DNA of 64,000 nucleotides from Corallococcus sp. Z5C101001 (GTDB lineage Bacteria; Myxococcota; Myxococcia; Myxococcales; Myxococcaceae): NCBI RefSeq assembly GCF_007352635.1, contig NZ_VKLU01000005.1, positions 699,940 to 763,939 of the forward strand, read 5' to 3'. Shown piece by piece: positions 57,998 to 64,000 of this stretch (position 1 is its first letter; each line of letters starts with the position of its first letter). The notes under the pieces were generated by a model. It saw only the letters and a program-made list of their open reading frames with translations, ran no database searches and was not told where the DNA came from. The position numbers and the translations under genes were made by a program.

Positions 57998-60799
57998 ATG
58001 GAGAAGGAACTGGGTGGCAAGCCGGTGGTGGGAGGCAAGGAGTCGCGGCGCGGGGGACGGGCGAAGGGGAAGGCCGCGACGACCACGACGGGGCTGAGCC
58101 TGGAGCGCTTCTTCACGACGCCGGGAGTGGATCCGGCGGACGAGCTGGCGTGGGAGTCCCGCGGCGCGAGCATCAAGGGCGAGGACGGCAAGGTCGTCTT
58201 CGACCAGAAGGACATCGAAGTCCCCAAGTCCTGGTCGATGCTGGCGACGAACGTCGTGGCGTCGAAGTACTTCCGGGGCACGCCTGGGACGCCGGACCGT
58301 GAGACGAGCGTGCGCAAGCTGGTGGCGCGCGTGGTGGACACCCTCGCCCGCTGGGGCGAGGACGGGCACTACTTCGCGTCGGAGGCGGACCGCGACACGT
58401 TCCACGCGGAGCTGACGCACCTGCTGCTGCGGCAGAAGGCGGCCTTCAATTCGCCCGTCTGGTTCAACGTGGGCGTGGAAGCGCACCCGCAGTGCTCGGC
58501 GTGCTTCATCAACAGCGTGGACGACAACATGGAGTCCATCCTGGGGCTGGCGCGCACGGAGGGGATGCTCTTCAAGTACGGCAGCGGCACGGGCTCCAAC
58601 CTCTCCTCCATCCGCGGGAGCAAGGAGCTGCTGGCGGGCGGCGGCACCGCGTCCGGACCGGTGTCGTTCATGCGCGGCTTCGACGCGTTCGCGGGCGTCA
58701 TCAAGAGCGGCGGCAAGACGCGGCGCGCGGCGAAGATGGTCATCCTCAACGCCGAGCACCCGGACATCCTCGAGTTCATCCGCTGCAAGTCGAACGAGGA
58801 GAAGAAGGCCTGGGCGCTCATCGAGGCCGGCTACGACCCCTCCTTCAACGGCGAGGCGTACGGGTCCGTGTTCTTCCAGAACTCGAACAACTCCGTGCGC
58901 GTCACCGACGACTTCATGAACGCGGTGGTGAATGACGGTCCGTGGCAGACGCGCGCGGTGCGCGACGGCCAGGTGGTGGAGACGTTCAAGGCGCGGGAGC
59001 TGTTCCGCGAGATCGCGGAGGCGGCGCACCTGTGCGGCGACCCCGGCCTCCAGTACGACACCACGGTGAACGCGTGGCACACGTGCTCCGGCACGGCGCG
59101 CATCAACGCGTCCAACCCCTGCTCCGAGTACATGTTCCTGGATGACTCGGCCTGCAACCTGGCGTCGCTGAACCTGATGCACTTCCGCACGCTGGAGGGC
59201 GGCTTCGACGTGGCCGCGTTCAAGCACGCGGTGTCGGTGGTGCTGCTGGCGCAGGAGATCATCGTCGGCTTCAGCCGCTATCCCACCGAGCGCATCGCGA
59301 AGAACAGCCACGACTACCGGCCGCTGGGCCTGGGGTACGCGAACCTGGGCGCACTGCTGATGGCGTCGGGCCTGCCGTACGACTCGCCCGCGGGCCGCAA
59401 CTACGCGGCGGCCATCACGTCGCTGATGTGCGGCGAGGCGTACGCGACGAGCGCGCGCATCGCCCAGAAGCAGGGCGCGTTCGCGGGCTACGGCAACAAC
59501 GCGGAGCCGATGCTGGGGGTCATCCGCAAGCACCGCAAGGCGGCGTACCAGCTGTCCCAGGACGGCGTGAGCGCGGAGCTGTACGCGGCGCAGAAGGCGT
59601 CGTGGGACGACGCGCTGGCGCACGGCACGGAGCACGGCTACCGCAACAGTCAGGTGACGGTGCTGGCCCCCACGGGCACCATCGGCTTCATGATGGACTG
59701 CGACACCACCGGCATCGAGCCGGACATCGCGCTCATCAAGTACAAGAAGCTGGTGGGCGGCGGCATGCTGAAGATCGTCAACCAGACGGTGCCGCTGGCC
59801 CTGGAGAAGCTGGGCTATGCGCAGACGCAGGCGCAGGACATCGTCGCGTACCTGGACAGGCAGGACACCATCGAGGGCGCGCCGCACCTGAAGCCGGAGC
59901 ACCTGCCGGTGTTCGACTGCGCCTTCAAGCCGTCCAAGGGACAGCGCAGCATCCACTGGATGGGCCACATCGAGATGATGGCCGCGACGCAGCCGTTCCT
60001 CTCTGGCGCCATCTCGAAGACGGTCAACATGCCCAACGACGCCTCGGTGGAGGACATCGAGAAGGCGTACGTGGAGGCGTGGAAGAGCGGCCTGAAGGCC
60101 ATCGCGGTCTACCGCGACGGGTGCAAGCGCACGCAGCCGCTCAACACGTCGCAGGACAAGGCCCCGGAGGCCCGCCGCGTGGCCGCCGAGCCCGCGCCCG
60201 CGGTGATGCCGGAGCCCAAGGCGCGCCGTCGCCGGCTGCCGGACGAGCGGCAGTCCATCACGCACAAGTTCTCCATCGGGGGCCACGAGGGCTACCTGAC
60301 GGTGGGCATGTACGAGGACGGCGCGCCGGGCGAGCTGTTCGTGGTGATGGCGAAGGAGGGCTCGGTGGTCAGCGGGCTGATGGACAGCTTCGCCACCAGC
60401 GTGTCGCTGGCGCTCCAGTACGGCGTGCCGATGCAGGTGCTGGCCGACAAGTTCTGCCACACCCGCTACGAGCCGAGCGGCTTCACGGGCAACCCGGCCA
60501 TCCCCATCGCCAAGTCCATCACGGACTACATCTTCCGGTGGCTGTCGTTGAAGTTCCTGCCCACCTCGCCGCGCGGCGACGAGGCGGAGGTGACGCCGGT
60601 GGAGGAGTCCCATCCGGAGCCGGTGACGCAAGCGGCGGTGCCGACGCAGGGGACGCTGCAGTTGTCCGCGATGAACTCGCGCAGCACGTACCTGAACCAG
60701 GCGGACGCCCCGCCCTGCCACACCTGCGGCGCCATCACCGTGCGCAGTGGCGCCTGCTACAAGTGCGCGAACTGCGGCACGACGAGCGGCTGCAGCTAG
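57998..60799 (+). CDS. nrdJ: Adenosylcobalamin-dependent ribonucleotide reductase (class II, NrdJ)
   Basis: Class II RNR hallmarks (AAFNSPVWFNVG, catalytic NPCSEY, thiyl-radical-loop region, C-terminal CxxC...CxxC zinc ribbon CHTCGAITVRSGACYKCANCG); ATG at 57998 with GGAGGTG RBS. Confidence 0.9.
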   Translation: MEKELGGKPVVGGKESRRGGRAKGKAATTTTGLSLERFFTTPGVDPADELAWESRGASIKGEDGKVVFDQKDIEVPKSWSMLATNVVASKYFRGTPGTPDRETSVRKLVARVVDTLARWGEDGHYFASEADRDTFHAELTHLLLRQKAAFNSPVWFNVGVEAHPQCSACFINSVDDNMESILGLARTEGMLFKYGSGTGSNLSSIRGSKELLAGGGTASGPVSFMRGFDAFAGVIKSGGKTRRAAKMVILNAEHPDILEFIRCKSNEEKKAWALIEAGYDPSFNGEAYGSVFFQNSNNSVRVTDDFMNAVVNDGPWQTRAVRDGQVVETFKARELFREIAEAAHLCGDPGLQYDTTVNAWHTCSGTARINASNPCSEYMFLDDSACNLASLNLMHFRTLEGGFDVAAFKHAVSVVLLAQEIIVGFSRYPTERIAKNSHDYRPLGLGYANLGALLMASGLPYDSPAGRNYAAAITSLMCGEAYATSARIAQKQGAFAGYGNNAEPMLGVIRKHRKAAYQLSQDGVSAELYAAQKASWDDALAHGTEHGYRNSQVTVLAPTGTIGFMMDCDTTGIEPDIALIKYKKLVGGGMLKIVNQTVPLALEKLGYAQTQAQDIVAYLDRQDTIEGAPHLKPEHLPVFDCAFKPSKGQRSIHWMGHIEMMAATQPFLSGAISKTVNMPNDASVEDIEKAYVEAWKSGLKAIAVYRDGCKRTQPLNTSQDKAPEARRVAAEPAPAVMPEPKARRRRLPDERQSITHKFSIGGHEGYLTVGMYEDGAPGELFVVMAKEGSVVSGLMDSFATSVSLALQYGVPMQVLADKFCHTRYEPSGFTGNPAIPIAKSITDYIFRWLSLKFLPTSPRGDEAEVTPVEESHPEPVTQAAVPTQGTLQLSAMNSRSTYLNQADAPPCHTCGAITVRSGACYKCANCGTTSGCS

Positions 60800-60865
60800 G
60801 CCGCGGCGGCGCGTTCAGGACGTAAGGAAGGGCTCCGGGGCGCAGGCTCCGGAGCCCTTCGTGCT

Positions 60866-63800
60866 TCAGGGGAAGCGGTGGAGGCGCGTGCAGATCTCCA
60901 CCGCGCGCTCCGCGATGCGGCCCAGCTCCTCCAGCAGGGAGACCTCCAGGGGCGCGGGGCCGTGCTCGGCGACGAAGAAGGCCACGGGCTGGCCTCGCGC
61001 GTGGAGCGGGAAGACGAGCAGGTGTGACTCGGCTTCGCACAGCGCGGAGAAGATGGCCTCGTCCTGGGGACCCTGAGGGGCGCTGAAGACGCTGGGGCTG
61101 GGGCCCGTCAGCGCGGAGGCCAGGAGGGACGGCGCGTCCAGGTCCACCTTGAGCGCCGTGACTTCCGGACGGTCGCTGCCCGGCCCCCAGGCGCGGCCCA
61201 CGCGCGCGAGCCCGAAGCTGTCGCCCAGCAGGAAGGCCCGGCGGAAGCGGCCCGCGCTGTAGGCCAGCAGCACCTTGCCCACCATGCCCTGGGAGTCCGC
61301 GGTGTCCAGCGCGGAGAGGACCTGCTCCGTCGTGACGACGGGGCCGTCCTGCGGAGTGTCCGAGGAGGCGCTGGCGGCGGCGAGCAGGGCCTGCGCGGGG
61401 TCGATCCGCGCGATGGCCTGCGGCTGCCACGGGTGTTGCATGAACTCCCACGCGGAGGCCAGGGCCACGCCGTCCTCCGAGGAGGCTGGCGCGGAGGCGG
61501 GAACCTCCAGGTCCACGACGCGGTCCACCCAGGTGGTGTCCGCGCTGTGGCCCACGCCGCCCTCCCCTTCCCCGCCGCCCTGCCAGCCCACGAACTCCCA
61601 CGTGGAGGCGAGCTGCATGGGCTCCTCGGAGGGCGCGGGCAGGTCTTCGAGGGAGATGGGCGTGCGGTCACGGACCGGGGTCGACGGCGCGACCACGAGG
61701 CGCGGCTTCGGCGGGACCGGCGGCTCCTCGGCGTGCGGCTGCGCGTCCGTGACGCTGGCGGCGCCCATGGCTTCGGGAGCGGTGGGGAGCGTCGGGTCCG
61801 TGGACGGAGCAGCCTTCGCGGCGGGCTCTGGCGCGGCGCCGGAAGCGGGCTCGGAGTCCGAGATCAGCGCGACCTCGAACTCGGGGGGGATTTCGGTTCG
61901 CGGCGGTTCGGAAGCCGTCGAGGCCGGTGGTGCATCCGTGGGCTCGGCGGCGGTCTTCGGCGCGGCGGCGACCTGCCAGGCTTCGGAGGCTCCCGTGTCC
62001 GTGGACGGCGGAGGCGTGAGCTCTTCGGAGGCCCGGGGCGACTCTCCCACGAGGCTGAATTCGAGCGAGTCGGCTTCGGGGTCCTGCGCGGCGGTGGCGG
62101 CAATGACAGACACCGCCGGAACATCCGTGGGGGTCGGTGGATCCGACCGCTCCTGTTCGGAGGAGGACGGGAGAGCCGGGACGACAGGCTTCGCGGCTTC
62201 GACGAGCGCAGGCGCTTGCGGAGGAGCTTCGAGCGTACTCGCCTTCACTGGCTCGTCGTCCCGAGCGACGGCGGCCAACGGTGGTTCGTGACGAGGCGCT
62301 TCGGTGACAGGCGTGGCTGTCAGCGGCTCCTTCGGCCCGGCGGATGCCTCCAGCGAGGTGGGCTCGGGAGCAGCATCCCAGACAGGCTCGGCCTCCGGGA
62401 TCGATGCCGTGGCGCGTAGTTCGTCCGACAGCACATCCGCGTCGCCGAGGATGTCCGCCACATCAGAAGCAGGTGACGACGGGGGTTCAGCCGACAGCAC
62501 ATCCAGGTCGCCGAGGATGTCCGCCACTTCGGAGGCAGGCGACGACGGGGTTTCGGCCGACAGCACATCCAGGTCGCCGAGGATGTCCGCCACTTCGGAG
62601 GCAGGCGACGACGGGGTTTCGGCCGACAGCACATCCAGGTCGCCGAGGATGTCCGCCACTTCGGAGGCAGGCGACGACGGGGTTTCGGCCGACAGCACAT
62701 CCAGGTCGCCGAGGATGTCCGCCACTTCGGAGGCAGGCGACGACGGGGTTTCGGCCGACAGCACATCCAGGTCGCCGAGGATGTCCGCCACTTCGGAGGC
62801 AGGCGACGACGGGGTTTCGGCCGACAGCACATCCACGTCGCCGAGGATATCCGCCACCTCAGAGGCAGGTGACGACGGGGGTTCGGCCGACAACACATCC
62901 ACGGCGCCGAGGATGTCCGCCACTTCAGAAGCAGGTGACGACGGGGGTTCGGCCGACAACACATCCACGGCGACGAGGATATCCGCCACTTCGGAGGCAG
63001 GCGACGACGGGGGTTCGGCCGACAGCACGTCCACGTCATCGAAAAGGTCCGATGCCACGGAGGCCGAGGGCTTGGGCGAATCCGCGGACATTGTGCCCGC
63101 ATCACCGAGGCTGTCCGGCGCATCAGGCGCAAGGGCCTGATGCGGCTCGGCTGAAAGCACATCCATGTCTTCGAGGACGTCCGACACTTCGGAGGTGGAT
63201 GCCTTGACCGGATCCGCGGACATCGCATCCACGGCTTCGAGGATGTCGTCGTCGGCGAGATCATCCCCGGTCAGGACCTCGGCCATCTCGGAGGCCTTCG
63301 CGGGTGTGACAGGCGGTGCTTCGGGTGTGGCCTCGAATGACTCGGGGCTCAGGATGTCATCGCCCTCGTCGAGAAGCTCGGCGTCCATCACCAGCTCGGA
63401 CAACGACGGACCCTGCGCCGGGCGTGCAACCCCTTGCGTGGAGGCGACCGATTCGGGGGGGGATCCCGACTCCGCCACGAGACTTGGAGCGATGGGCGCG
63501 ACCTGACTGGGATTGGATGCAATCGAAACCGCAGGCGTCGTCGTCGAGGGCGTTCGACCCGGAGCGGGGACAGCACCTTGCGCTGCAATCGCCCCCGTGG
63601 GCGCGCTGGCGGTTGGCGGGCTCGCCACGGGAGAACTGTTGGCCGGAACAGACGACCCATCCACGGAAGGCGCATCCGTGAACGCGTCCGCCCACTCCCC
63701 TCCCAGCTCCGACATGGGTGCGGCGGCTGGGACTTCAGGGGGCGGCTTCGTGCTCGGCCTGCTCTGGGGCGTGGAGGTCGAAGCTCCGGCCGCGACGACG

Positions 63801-63985
63801 TGAGTCGCAGCGAGCGCGTCGCTGGAGGCCACGGCGGGGACGCCCGAGGAGCCTCCCATCAGGGCATTCGTCACTCCAGAAGGGCGTCGAGCCGCGACAG
63901 GAGGGGTCCCGCCCGGAGGAGGAGCCGTGACGGGGTTTGCCGTGCCCGGAGAAGCAGCTCCAATCGCTGCCTGGGCCACGGACAC
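60866..63985 (-). CDS. Very large acidic Pro/Ala/Ser/Glu-rich protein with about 10 tandem 22-aa repeats and a structured C-terminal domain; N-terminus may extend beyond window
   Basis: Continuous GC3-rich ORF greater than 1039 aa; no in-frame stop between 63985 and the window end; repeats SAE[PT]PSSPASEVADILGD[LV]DVL; C-terminal about 180 aa non-repetitive (GAF/PAS-like composition). Confidence 0.6.
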   Translation of the reverse strand: MSVAQAAIGAASPGTANPVTAPPPGGTPPVAARRPSGVTNALMGGSSGVPAVASSDALAATHVVAAGASTSTPQSRPSTKPPPEVPAAAPMSELGGEWADAFTDAPSVDGSSVPANSSPVASPPTASAPTGAIAAQGAVPAPGRTPSTTTPAVSIASNPSQVAPIAPSLVAESGSPPESVASTQGVARPAQGPSLSELVMDAELLDEGDDILSPESFEATPEAPPVTPAKASEMAEVLTGDDLADDDILEAVDAMSADPVKASTSEVSDVLEDMDVLSAEPHQALAPDAPDSLGDAGTMSADSPKPSASVASDLFDDVDVLSAEPPSSPASEVADILVAVDVLSAEPPSSPASEVADILGAVDVLSAEPPSSPASEVADILGDVDVLSAETPSSPASEVADILGDLDVLSAETPSSPASEVADILGDLDVLSAETPSSPASEVADILGDLDVLSAETPSSPASEVADILGDLDVLSAETPSSPASEVADILGDLDVLSAEPPSSPASDVADILGDADVLSDELRATASIPEAEPVWDAAPEPTSLEASAGPKEPLTATPVTEAPRHEPPLAAVARDDEPVKASTLEAPPQAPALVEAAKPVVPALPSSSEQERSDPPTPTDVPAVSVIAATAAQDPEADSLEFSLVGESPRASEELTPPPSTDTGASEAWQVAAAPKTAAEPTDAPPASTASEPPRTEIPPEFEVALISDSEPASGAAPEPAAKAAPSTDPTLPTAPEAMGAASVTDAQPHAEEPPVPPKPRLVVAPSTPVRDRTPISLEDLPAPSEEPMQLASTWEFVGWQGGGEGEGGVGHSADTTWVDRVVDLEVPASAPASSEDGVALASAWEFMQHPWQPQAIARIDPAQALLAAASASSDTPQDGPVVTTEQVLSALDTADSQGMVGKVLLAYSAGRFRRAFLLGDSFGLARVGRAWGPGSDRPEVTALKVDLDAPSLLASALTGPSPSVFSAPQGPQDEAIFSALCEAESHLLVFPLHARGQPVAFFVAEHGPAPLEVSLLEELGRIAERAVEICTRLHRFP
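62420..63080. repeat. About 10 tandem copies of a 66-bp repeat (coding 22-aa units) inside the large acidic protein gene
   Basis: Near-identical 66-nt periodicity read directly (…GGCCGACAGCACATCCAGGTCGCCGAGGATGTCCGCCACTTCGGAGGCAGGCGACGACGGGGTTTC…). Confidence 0.85.
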
Positions 63986-64000
63986 CGGCGCACCCGCTGA

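Noticed and set aside
62420-63080. Tandem 66-bp repeats considered as a CRISPR array or VNTR outside genes
   Set aside because: The repeats are contiguous without unique spacers, are in-frame within a long GC3-biased ORF, and encode a coherent 22-aa peptide repeat.

Overview
The window is a 64 kb, very high-GC (about 70%) chromosomal segment that looks myxobacterial (Myxococcus/Corallococcus-like). This attribution rests on GC content, codon usage and gene content: Hanks-type Ser/Thr kinases, a giant alpha-2-macroglobulin, TPR proteins, and frequent GTG starts with 4-bp start/stop overlaps.

The region is densely coded. The six-frame track is dominated by long antisense and frame-shifted ORFs that are GC artefacts, so I kept only ORFs with recognisable domains or motifs, sensible starts/RBS and operon context.

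Most content is housekeeping:
- ilvE, tyrS, rlmE, folE, nrnA, a cysteine desulfurase, MTHFS, nrdJ, tatA.
- Acyl-CoA dehydrogenase, FadD and a GlcD-like oxidase.
- A Znu-type metal ABC transporter, an RND efflux pump, a sigma-70 family sigma factor, and a two-component pair.

An accessory-looking lipid-tailoring gene cluster on the minus strand (29.7-36.2 kb) is, in my view, the best candidate for an undescribed system. It encodes:
- a fatty acyl-AMP ligase;
- an alpha/beta hydrolase;
- a hotdog thioesterase;
- a PPTase;
- a soluble acyl-ACP desaturase-like diiron protein;
- a stand-alone ACP;
- a family III CoA-transferase;
- an SCP2 lipid-carrier.

Other observations worth a second look:
- A 16-bp TTGATT-N4-AATCAA palindrome occurs upstream of both the acyl-CoA dehydrogenase and the SCP2 gene.
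- A wHTH-AAA ATPase sits next to a catalytically degenerate Fic-domain protein.
- Two paralogous small membrane proteins carry a His/Cys motif; one heads an operon containing a metal-motif lipoprotein and the other lies immediately upstream of the zinc-uptake locus.
- A secreted EndoU-like nuclease-domain protein.
- A candidate 6S RNA lies upstream of the MTHFS gene, and tandem NrdR boxes upstream of nrdJ.
- Two UUCG-tetraloop hairpin repeats lie 3' of the alpha-2-macroglobulin gene.
- A greater than 1000-aa acidic protein with about 10 tandem 22-aa (66-bp) repeats runs off the window end.

No rRNA, tRNA, CRISPR or IS elements were seen.
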